Below the pieces are notes generated by a model. The model searched no databases, was not told where the DNA came from, and saw nothing but the letters and a program-made list of their open reading frames with translations. This document shows, piece by piece, positions 56,537-64,000 of a stretch of 64,000 nt of DNA. Source of the stretch: Usitatibacter sp. (GTDB lineage: Bacteria > Pseudomonadota > Gammaproteobacteria > Burkholderiales > Usitatibacteraceae). Where the stretch lies: the NCBI GenBank assembly GCA_036271595.1, contig DATBAI010000013.1:7154-71153 (forward strand), read 5' to 3'. Every line of letters begins with the position of its first letter. The stretch's first letter is position 1. The position numbers and the translations under genes were made by a program.

Positions 56537-59293
56537 ATGCGTCGCGACCTGCCGCAGATGGATAAATCCCAGTTATTTGAAAGGCTTAGCGAAGGCCACG
56601 GTGCGGCCGCGACGGTGGTCACCCCGAACCGGCGCCTTGCGCAGTCCCTGGCGCGGGATTTCGCGGCCTACCAGGGCTCCCGGGGCCTCGCCTCCTGGGA
56701 AACGGCCGACATCCTGCCCCTCGAAAGCTGGATGAAGCGCCTTTGGGAGGAGGCGATGCAGGCCGATGGCGACGGGCCGTTGCCGCTCCTCCTCTCGCCG
56801 GCCCAGGAGCTGGCCGCCTGGGAAGAAGCCGTCCGCGCCTCGCGCTTCGCGAAAGAGCTTTTCGCGCTGGGACCGGCGGTTTCCCAATGCCGCGAGGCAT
56901 GGCACCTGGCGCACGCCTGGCGTATTCCGCTCGACGCCCGCCGGATCCCGAATGACGACGGCCGTGCCTTCCTCGAGTGGGCGGCGCACTACGAGCGCAC
57001 GCTTCGCGAGCGCGGCCATGCCGATCCAGCGCGCACCGCCGATCTCCTTGCGCCGCTCCTTGGCCGCCCGCGGGTGCGCCGGCCCTCCACCCTCGCGATG
57101 GTGGGCTTCGACATCGTGACGCCGCAGCAGCGCGAGCTTCTCGAGAAGCTCGCCGCCACCGGCTCTGCGGTGGTCGAGGTGATGTCGGTGCCGCACAAGG
57201 CGCGCGCCGCACGTGTGGCTCTTGCCGACGCAAAGGCCGAGATCGATGCCGCCGCCCGCTGGGCGCGCACCCGGCTGGAAGACGCTGCGGGATCGTCTCC
57301 ACGCATCGGCATCGTCGTGCCGGACCTCGCCAGGTCGCGCTCCCGTGTCGAGCGCGCGCTCGCCAATGTCCTCGTTCCGGGCCACCGGATCGCGGCCACG
57401 CAGCCCGCGCTCCCCTTCAACGTTTCCCTCGGGCTTCCCCTCGATTCCTATCCGCTCGTGGCCGATGCGCTCTACGTGATCGATCTTGCCGGAGCGCACG
57501 CGTCGTTCGAGCACGCGAGCCGCGTGCTGCGCTCGCCCTTCATCGCGGGCGCGCATACCGAGCGCGAGGCCCGCGCACGCCTCGATGCGCGGCTTCGCCG
57601 CCGGGCGATGCCGGAGCTCTCCCTCGAATCGTTCGTGCGCCAGGGCGAGGCCTCGGGAAATGGTTTCGTCCCGGATTTCATCGACCGCTTCCGCCGCCTT
57701 GCAGAGTTCCGCAAGAGCGATCTCTTCGAGGCTCGGGTCGCCTCCGGATGGGCGCGCGCGTTCTCCGAGGCCTTGCGCATCGTGGGATTCCCCGGCGAGC
57801 GCACGCTCGATTCGCGCGAGCAGCAGACGCTCGTGAAGTGGCATGAGGTGCTTGCGCAATTCGCGACGCTCGAGCAGGTGAGCGGCAGGATGGGCTTCCA
57901 GCTCGCACGCGAGCGCCTTCGCCGCATGGCCCGCGAGGAGATCTTCCAGCCGAAGGCGCCGGACGTGCCGATCCAGGTGATGGGCGTCCTCGAATCCGCG
58001 GGGCAGGAATTCGACCACCTCTGGGTGATGGGCCTCACGGACGACGCATGGCCTTTGCCTTCGCGGCCAAACCCGTTCCTCCCCATCGCCGCGCAGCGCG
58101 CCGCCGGCATCGCGCAGGCCGATCCGGCCGCATCGCTCGAGCTCGACCGGCGCATCACGCAGGGCTGGATGGATGCCGCGCCCGAGGTTGTCTTGAGCCA
58201 CGCGACGATGCGCAAGGAAAGCGAGCTTTCACCCAGCCCGCTCATCGCGATGCTCCCCGCGGAAACGCCCGAAGCGCTCGGCGTGCGGTCGTTCGCGATG
58301 CTTCGCGAAGCGATGCGCTCACTGGACGCGGTCGAGACGATCGAGGATGGCGCCGGCCCACCGATCGCGACCGGAGGGACGACGCGAGGTGGCACCGGGC
58401 TCTTCAAGGACCAGGCGGCATGCCCATTTCGCGCATTCGCGAAACGGCGCCTGCGCGCGGAGGAGATCGAGACGCCGCGCGCCGGCCTCGATTCGAAGGA
58501 TCGAGGCACGCTCATGCACGAGATGCTTCGAGCCGCGTGGCAACGCATCCAGACCCAGGAGCGATTGCTGGCCCTGGGCGAATCGGAGTGCGAATCGCTT
58601 CTTGCGGAGTGCGCCGAGCAAGCCCTCGGTGTGCTTCGCGGCCGCGGCGCCGAAGCCCTCTCGGGGCGTTACGGCGAGCTGGAGCGCGCGCGAATCATGC
58701 GGCTCACGCGCGCCTGGCTCGAGGAAGAACGCAAGCGCAAGGTAGCGTTCACGGTCGTGAAGACCGAGGACAAGTGCGAGGTCGAGTTCGGCGGCGTGAA
58801 GGTGGAAGCGCGGCTCGACCGCAAGGACGAGCTCGAGGGCGGCAGGCTCGCCGTGATCGATTACAAGACCGGCGATTGCAAGGTCGCGGCGTGGCTCGGC
58901 GAAAGACCCGATGAGCCCCAGCTTCCGATGTACGCGCTGGGCGGCGAGGATGCGGGCCGGATCGCGGCGGTCGCCTTCGCGCAGGTTCGCACGGGCGAAA
59001 CGCGCTTTCGGGGAATCTCCGCGGTGGGCGGCCTCATGCCCGGCGTCTGCACGATCGACGAGGTCCGCAGCAAGGCGTCGCGGCAATACCAAAACTGGGA
59101 TGGCGTGGTGGCGCGCTGGCGCCAGGAGCTGGACGTGCTGGGCCGCGCCTTCGCCGCGGGCGAGGCGCGTGTCGATCCCAAGAACCTCGCGCAGACCTGC
59201 GCCTTCTGCGAGCAGCACCTGCTATGCCGCGTCGCCGAGAAGGCGCCGTTCGGGGCCGCGTCGAGCGATGAGGATGCGCAATCCGATGACTGA
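56537..59293 (+). CDS. addB: AddB-like DNA repair protein (inactive helicase fold + PD-(D/E)XK nuclease with Fe-S staple)
   Basis: VTPNRRLA, DQAACPF, RLDRKD..VIDYKTG, CAFCEQHLLC. Confidence 0.85.
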   Translation: MRRDLPQMDKSQLFERLSEGHGAAATVVTPNRRLAQSLARDFAAYQGSRGLASWETADILPLESWMKRLWEEAMQADGDGPLPLLLSPAQELAAWEEAVRASRFAKELFALGPAVSQCREAWHLAHAWRIPLDARRIPNDDGRAFLEWAAHYERTLRERGHADPARTADLLAPLLGRPRVRRPSTLAMVGFDIVTPQQRELLEKLAATGSAVVEVMSVPHKARAARVALADAKAEIDAAARWARTRLEDAAGSSPRIGIVVPDLARSRSRVERALANVLVPGHRIAATQPALPFNVSLGLPLDSYPLVADALYVIDLAGAHASFEHASRVLRSPFIAGAHTEREARARLDARLRRRAMPELSLESFVRQGEASGNGFVPDFIDRFRRLAEFRKSDLFEARVASGWARAFSEALRIVGFPGERTLDSREQQTLVKWHEVLAQFATLEQVSGRMGFQLARERLRRMAREEIFQPKAPDVPIQVMGVLESAGQEFDHLWVMGLTDDAWPLPSRPNPFLPIAAQRAAGIAQADPAASLELDRRITQGWMDAAPEVVLSHATMRKESELSPSPLIAMLPAETPEALGVRSFAMLREAMRSLDAVETIEDGAGPPIATGGTTRGGTGLFKDQAACPFRAFAKRRLRAEEIETPRAGLDSKDRGTLMHEMLRAAWQRIQTQERLLALGESECESLLAECAEQALGVLRGRGAEALSGRYGELERARIMRLTRAWLEEERKRKVAFTVVKTEDKCEVEFGGVKVEARLDRKDELEGGRLAVIDYKTGDCKVAAWLGERPDEPQLPMYALGGEDAGRIAAVAFAQVRTGETRFRGISAVGGLMPGVCTIDEVRSKASRQYQNWDGVVARWRQELDVLGRAFAAGEARVDPKNLAQTCAFCEQHLLCRVAEKAPFGAASSDEDAQSDD

Positions 59294-62200
59294 TGCCTTC
59301 GTGGCGCCCGACGAAACCGGGCGCCGGCGCGCGCTCGATGTCTCGCGCTCGTTCATCGTGCAGGCGCCCGCGGGCTCGGGAAAGACGGAGCTCCTGATCC
59401 AGCGCTACCTCGCGCTCCTCTCGTGCGTCGAGCGTCCCGAGGAAATCGCGGCGATCACGTTCACGGTAAAGGCCGCGTCCGAGATGCGCGGGCGCGTGCT
59501 GGCGGCGTTGCGTGCCGCCAGGACCTCACCGCGGCCGCCGGAAGGCCAGGCCGCTCGCACCTGGGACCTGGCGCGTGCCGCCCTCGAGCGGGACGCATCG
59601 CTCGGCTGGAAGCTCGAGGAAAGCGCCGATCGATTGAAGGTCCAGACCATCGATGCGCTATGCGCCTCCCTCACCCGGCAGATGCCGGTCCTTTCGCGAT
59701 TCGGCGGCCAACCGGAGGTGATCGAGGACGCGACCGCCCTCTTCTCCGAAGCCGCACGCGAGCTGCTCGCCATGGTCGAGGAGCCGGGCGAGGAGGCGAC
59801 CCGCGTGGCGAGCCTGCTGCGCCACCTCGACAACGACGCCGCGGCCGCCGAAAAGCTCATCGCCGAAATGCTCGCCCGGCGCGACCAATGGCTGCGCACG
59901 CTCCTGCGCAAGACCGACCGCGAATCCCTCGAGCGCGCGCTGGACGATGTGCGGCGAGTCACCGTCGAGGAGTTGCTCGAGAGCTGGCCCGCGCAAGCCG
60001 AGCGCCCGCAGCTCGATATGGACGGGTGGATCGCGCAGTCGAGGCAGTGGCTCACCGGCGACGGCAAGAAATGGCGCCAACGCCCCTCGCAGGCGCCCGA
60101 GGGCATCTACGAAAACGACGTGCTGCTGCCGCTGTTGCGAGTCGTGAAGGACCTGCCCGCCGCGACCTATTCCGACGCGCAGTGGGAAGCCCTCGACGCG
60201 ATGTTGAAGCTTGCGCCGATCGCGATCGCGCAGCTGCAGGTCGTCTTCGCGAAGCACGGCAAGGCGGATTTCACCGAGTTCGCGCTGCGTGCCCTGCGCG
60301 CGCTCGAGTGCGAGGAGGGCGCGACCGACCTCATGCTGGTGCTCGACTATCGTATCCGGCACATCCTCGTGGACGAGTTCCAGGACACGTCGTTCACGCA
60401 ATTCAAGCTGCTGCAGCTCCTCACCTCCGGCTGGGAACCCGGCGACGGCCGCACGCTTTTCGTGGTGGGCGATCCGATGCAGTCCATCTACCGTTTTCGC
60501 GAGGCCGAGGTGGGTCTGTTCCTGCAAGCCTGGGAGCGCGGCGTGGGTAGCGTCGCCTTGGAGCCGGTCACGCTCTCGGCCAACTTCCGCTCCCACGCGG
60601 GAATCGTGGAATGGGTGAACAGCGCTTTCGCGCACGTGATGCCGCAGGCGGCGGATGCGAGGACCGGCGCCGTGAAGTACGAGCGCTCGCACCCGGTACG
60701 CCCGGAAGCCCCCGGCGGCGTCCACGTCCATCCGTTCTACGACTACGACAGCGCCGGCCAGGCGAGGGCCGTGGCCGACGTCGCGCGCGAGGCGATGCAG
60801 CGGCGCCCCGACGGCAGCTACGCAAGCGTGGCGATCCTCGTGCGTAACCGCAGCCACCTCTTCGAGGTCTTGCCCCGGCTTCGCGAAGCGGGCATCGCCT
60901 ACCGCGCCGTGGAGATCGATTCGCTGGGCCACCGCCCGACGGTGGCGGATCTCCTGGCCCTCACGCGCGCCGTGTCCCACCTTGCCGATCGCGTGGCGTG
61001 GCTTTCCATCTTGCGCGCGCCGTGGTGCGGCCTCACGCTCGCCGACTTGCTGGCCCTCGCCCCCGAGGACCAGCGGATCACGATGTGGGAGGCGATCCGC
61101 GATGAAGCGCGGCTTGCTAACCTCTCCGCCGATGGCCGCATGCGGCTCCAGCGCACGCGCGAGGTGCTGGCCCGCGCGCTCGACGAGCAGGGCCGCCGGG
61201 GATTGCGCGATGTCATCGAGCGCGCCTGGCTCGCACTGGCGGGGCCCGCCTGCGTGGAAGGCGATGTCGAGCTGGAAGACGCCGACACCTATCTCGACCA
61301 TCTCGAGGCGATGGAGCAATCCGGTTGGCTTCCCGACCTGCGCGCGTTCGAGGAGTCCGTCACCAGGCTCTTCGCGCTGCCCGACCTCGCGTCCGCGGAT
61401 TGTGTCCAGGTGATGACCATCCACAAGGCGAAGGGGCTCGAGTTCGACTCCGTCATCGTGCCGGGCCTCGCGGGGCAATCGGGCCGCGACGACCGCAGCC
61501 TCTTCATGTGGATGGAAACCGCGGATGGCGCGCTGCTCCTTGCCCCCATCCAGCCGTCCGGCGCGAAGCCGGAAGCCATCTACGAGATGATCCGCCGGCT
61601 GGACAAGACAAAGTCCGCCCACGAGATGGGAAGGCTCCTGTACGTCGCCGCAACGCGCGCGCGAAGCCGCCTGCACCTCATGGGAGACGCGAAGCGCGAT
61701 TCGAGAAGGGCCGGTGCGGTCCAGGAGCCGGCCGGCACGTCGCTACTGGGGAAGCTCTGGCCCGCGGTCGCGCGTCATTTCGAGCCTGGCGATCCCCGGC
61801 GTAACACGCGCGGCGCCGGGCGAACGGTGCCGTTGGCCGCGCAAACATCGCTGCGCCGCCTCGACCTCACGCGTCTCGCGTTCGAAGTGCCAGCGGGCGT
61901 TGCGTGGCGCGCGCCCGAGGAGCGCGAGGAACGCGATCCCATCGAATTCTCCTGGGTGGGCGATACGTCGCGGCGCGTCGGCAGCGTCGTCCACCGTTGG
62001 CTGCAACGCGTCGCCGATGAAGAGATGCGCGGCTGGAACCGCGCCCGCGTCGAAAGGCAGCGCGATGCCATCCGCGCGAGCCTTGTCGCGGCGGGCGTGA
62101 TCCAGGCGGAGCTGGACCAGGCCGCAGCCCGCGTGGCCGCGGCGTTGAACGGCGCCCTCGAGGATCCGCGCGGGAAATGGCTCCTCGGGCCGCATCCGAA

Positions 62201-62474
62201 CGCGCGCAACGAGTATCGCCTCACCACGTATGTCGATGGCGCGCGCCGCGACATCGTGATCGACCGTATGTGGGAGGATCTCGCCGAGGCATGGGTCGTC
62301 GACTACAAGACCAGCAGCCACGAAGGCGCGGGCTTCGAGAAGTTCCTCGACGCCGAAGCGGTGCGTTATCGTCCGCAGCTCGAAGGCTACGCGGCGGCGC
62401 TCGGCAAGCCTGGCGCTCGGCGCGGTCTCTATTTCCCGCTGCTGAAAGGATGGCGCGAATGGGGAGGCGGATGA
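59286..62474 (+). CDS. addA: AddA-like UvrD helicase-nuclease
   Basis: APAGSGKT, VDEFQDTS, VGDPMQSIYRFR, MTIHKAKGLEFD, LYVAATRA, VIDR..VVDYKT. Confidence 0.9.
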   Translation: MTDAFVAPDETGRRRALDVSRSFIVQAPAGSGKTELLIQRYLALLSCVERPEEIAAITFTVKAASEMRGRVLAALRAARTSPRPPEGQAARTWDLARAALERDASLGWKLEESADRLKVQTIDALCASLTRQMPVLSRFGGQPEVIEDATALFSEAARELLAMVEEPGEEATRVASLLRHLDNDAAAAEKLIAEMLARRDQWLRTLLRKTDRESLERALDDVRRVTVEELLESWPAQAERPQLDMDGWIAQSRQWLTGDGKKWRQRPSQAPEGIYENDVLLPLLRVVKDLPAATYSDAQWEALDAMLKLAPIAIAQLQVVFAKHGKADFTEFALRALRALECEEGATDLMLVLDYRIRHILVDEFQDTSFTQFKLLQLLTSGWEPGDGRTLFVVGDPMQSIYRFREAEVGLFLQAWERGVGSVALEPVTLSANFRSHAGIVEWVNSAFAHVMPQAADARTGAVKYERSHPVRPEAPGGVHVHPFYDYDSAGQARAVADVAREAMQRRPDGSYASVAILVRNRSHLFEVLPRLREAGIAYRAVEIDSLGHRPTVADLLALTRAVSHLADRVAWLSILRAPWCGLTLADLLALAPEDQRITMWEAIRDEARLANLSADGRMRLQRTREVLARALDEQGRRGLRDVIERAWLALAGPACVEGDVELEDADTYLDHLEAMEQSGWLPDLRAFEESVTRLFALPDLASADCVQVMTIHKAKGLEFDSVIVPGLAGQSGRDDRSLFMWMETADGALLLAPIQPSGAKPEAIYEMIRRLDKTKSAHEMGRLLYVAATRARSRLHLMGDAKRDSRRAGAVQEPAGTSLLGKLWPAVARHFEPGDPRRNTRGAGRTVPLAAQTSLRRLDLTRLAFEVPAGVAWRAPEEREERDPIEFSWVGDTSRRVGSVVHRWLQRVADEEMRGWNRARVERQRDAIRASLVAAGVIQAELDQAAARVAAALNGALEDPRGKWLLGPHPNARNEYRLTTYVDGARRDIVIDRMWEDLAEAWVVDYKTSSHEGAGFEKFLDAEAVRYRPQLEGYAAALGKPGARRGLYFPLLKGWREWGGG

Positions 62475-62510
62475 AGAGCGCGCGATGCGAAGCGCGGTGA
62501 GACGTCGCTC

Positions 62511-62717
62511 CTAGCCGGGTCCGCCGGCAACCCGCTCGTAGTGGTTCACCGTGGGAAACGGATCGTAGAAGTGATGCAGCAGTTTCTTCCACTGCGGAAG
62601 CTCGTGCGACCGATAGCCCGGCATCGAGGAGATGATCGCCTGGGCTTCGTGGAACGCCGCTTCGAATGCGGCCGCCGTTCCCGGCCTCACCTGTAGCGGC
62701 GCCGATTCGAGGATCAT
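62511..62717 (-). pseudogene. Antibiotic-biosynthesis-monooxygenase (ABM) family gene with apparent in-frame internal deletion
   Basis: Has the N-terminal MILE..L.VRPG..AFE.AF..AQ.II.SMPGY.SHEL and C-terminal WK.LLHHFYDPFP.V.HY segments, but only 68 aa. Confidence 0.6.
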
Positions 62718-62757
62718 CGGAGAGCGATCAGCACGCGCTGCGCGGCTGTTCTCGCCA

Positions 62758-63039
62758 TCAAGCCTCGGATACCTCTTCGGTAACGAACTCGATGCCGCCG
62801 ACCCATTTTGCCGCCAGGTTATAGATCAAGGCGCCCAGGGCCATGAAGATGAACCCGAAGACGATGTAGATGATGGGGAAAACGACGATCATCACGAGCG
62901 ACACGGTGCTGTTGGCGTGCGGCCCGAACAGCGCCGCGATGGCCATGATCGCCATGATGGGAATGCTCAAGACTCCGTACACGACCGCCGCCACCTTGCC
63001 GAGCTGAACCGGAGCGATCCGGGAAATTCGCTTGCGCAT
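62758..63039 (-). CDS. Small two-TM membrane protein (DUF3566-like)
   Basis: RI.PV..GK, IYN..A.WVGGIE pattern. Confidence 0.65.
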   Translation of the reverse strand: MRKRISRIAPVQLGKVAAVVYGVLSIPIMAIMAIAALFGPHANSTVSLVMIVVFPIIYIVFGFIFMALGALIYNLAAKWVGGIEFVTEEVSEA

Positions 63040-63122
63040 GGCCTGCCCCTTTGCCGATTGATCGACAGCGGCATTCTTCGCCTGCGCGATTGGCCCGTCA
63101 ACTGCGTCGATTGCGCGAGGAG

Positions 63123-63407
63123 CTACCGATCACCTTCAACGCGGCGGAACCGCAGCGCCGAACGCTCCCTTGCTTTCGCGGCCTCGACTTCACGGGTGCG
63201 CGAGTGCGCGTTCGTGACGAGCGCCCCGATCAAGGCTTCGGCCGACGCCGCGATGTTCTCGACCGCGCGCTCGAACTCCGCTTCATTGGCCTTGGACGGC
63301 TGCGTGAAGCCGCTCAGCTTTCGCACGAATTGCAGCGACGCGTCGCGAATTTCAGCCTTGGTGGCCGGCGGCTCGAAGTTGAAAAGCGTCTTTATGTTGC
63401 GGCACAT
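63123..63407 (-). CDS. DUF2277 family protein
   Basis: MCRNIKTLFNFEPPAT..EIR.ASLQFVRKLSGF. Confidence 0.85.
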   Translation of the reverse strand: MCRNIKTLFNFEPPATKAEIRDASLQFVRKLSGFTQPSKANEAEFERAVENIAASAEALIGALVTNAHSRTREVEAAKARERSALRFRRVEGDR

Positions 63408-63409
63408 GG

Positions 63410-63784
63410 TCAGGCCCCCGGTTGGTGACAAACCACTTCGATGTTGTGCCCGTCGGGGCCAATCACGAAGGCGGCATAGTAGTTCGCGTGGTAGCGCGGG
63501 CGCAGGCCAGGCGGCCCATTGTCCTTGCCACCCGCCGCCAGGGCCGCGCGATGGAAGGCTTCGACTTGCTGGCGATTCTCGGCCGTGAACGCCAAGTGGA
63601 GATGCGCCGGCTTCTCGTCGGTTTGGTACAGGCACAATGAAGCCTTGCCATTCGGGCTGAGCTCTATACCGTATGTGGGCGACCCCTCCGCCACGACAGC
63701 TACGCCCAGCGGTGCGAGCGCCTGCAGGAAGAACGCTTTGCTCGCCGCGTAGTCGCTGACCCCGAATTTGACGTGGTCAAACAC
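63410..63784 (-). CDS. VOC/glyoxalase family protein
   Basis: MFDHV.FGVSD, HLAF.A, YHANYYAAFV.GPDGHNIEVV. Confidence 0.9.
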   Translation of the reverse strand: MFDHVKFGVSDYAASKAFFLQALAPLGVAVVAEGSPTYGIELSPNGKASLCLYQTDEKPAHLHLAFTAENRQQVEAFHRAALAAGGKDNGPPGLRPRYHANYYAAFVIGPDGHNIEVVCHQPGA

Positions 63785-64000
63785 GGGTTCTCCGTGGCGC
63801 GGCTCGGCGTGATGCTTGTTGATTCACGGCTGTTCCAACGCAAGGGCTATGGCCACTACGACAGCCGCGGCCGCTTGGCGGGCAAGCGCCATATCTCGGA
63901 GCGTCCGGCATCAGTGGAAGACCGCGCAAAGTTCGGGCATTTTCGAGATCGAGAGTCGCACGCGCGCCACCTTCTACTTCGCAACGCCCTACCACTCGTG

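Noticed and set aside
63777-64000. 72-aa minus-strand ORF at the window end
   Set aside because: It is truncated by the edge, has no recognisable motif and its coding frame is uncertain.

Overview
GC-rich bacterial chromosomal window. The trxA-rho-rpmE2, fdxA, addBA, glcDEF and lineage-I aprMBA genes suggest a betaproteobacterium (inference). The main feature is a ~25 kb one-carbon/organosulfur locus (about 5.8-30.7 kb). It contains fhs, a divergent LysR regulator, a methanesulfonate-monooxygenase-like operon (msmA-B-reductase-ferredoxin, the ferredoxin fused to a non-canonical cNMP-binding domain), an MsmEFGH-like ABC importer with a second ATPase, and folD. On the opposite strand lie a panB-like/cNMP-domain/TauE/GcvT-like operon and an apparently continuous aprM-aprB-aprA-accessory-MFS-kinase-regulator operon, with sat divergent from it. 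Together these could encode the route CH3SO3- -> formaldehyde (THF pathway) + sulfite (export, or APS/Sat oxidation). The rest of the window holds a Pho-box-preceded acpA facing a BthA/MauG-like diheme protein, REP/REPIN-like repeats, tandem glcD paralogs, housekeeping genes, c-di-GMP and two-component genes, cydAB, a KdpD homolog lacking its phospho-acceptor domain, an S8 protease with a C-terminal hexapeptide repeat coupled to a membrane GGDEF-EAL gene, and addBA. No rRNA, tRNA, CRISPR array or transposase was recognised. All family assignments come from motif reading and recall; no database search was run.
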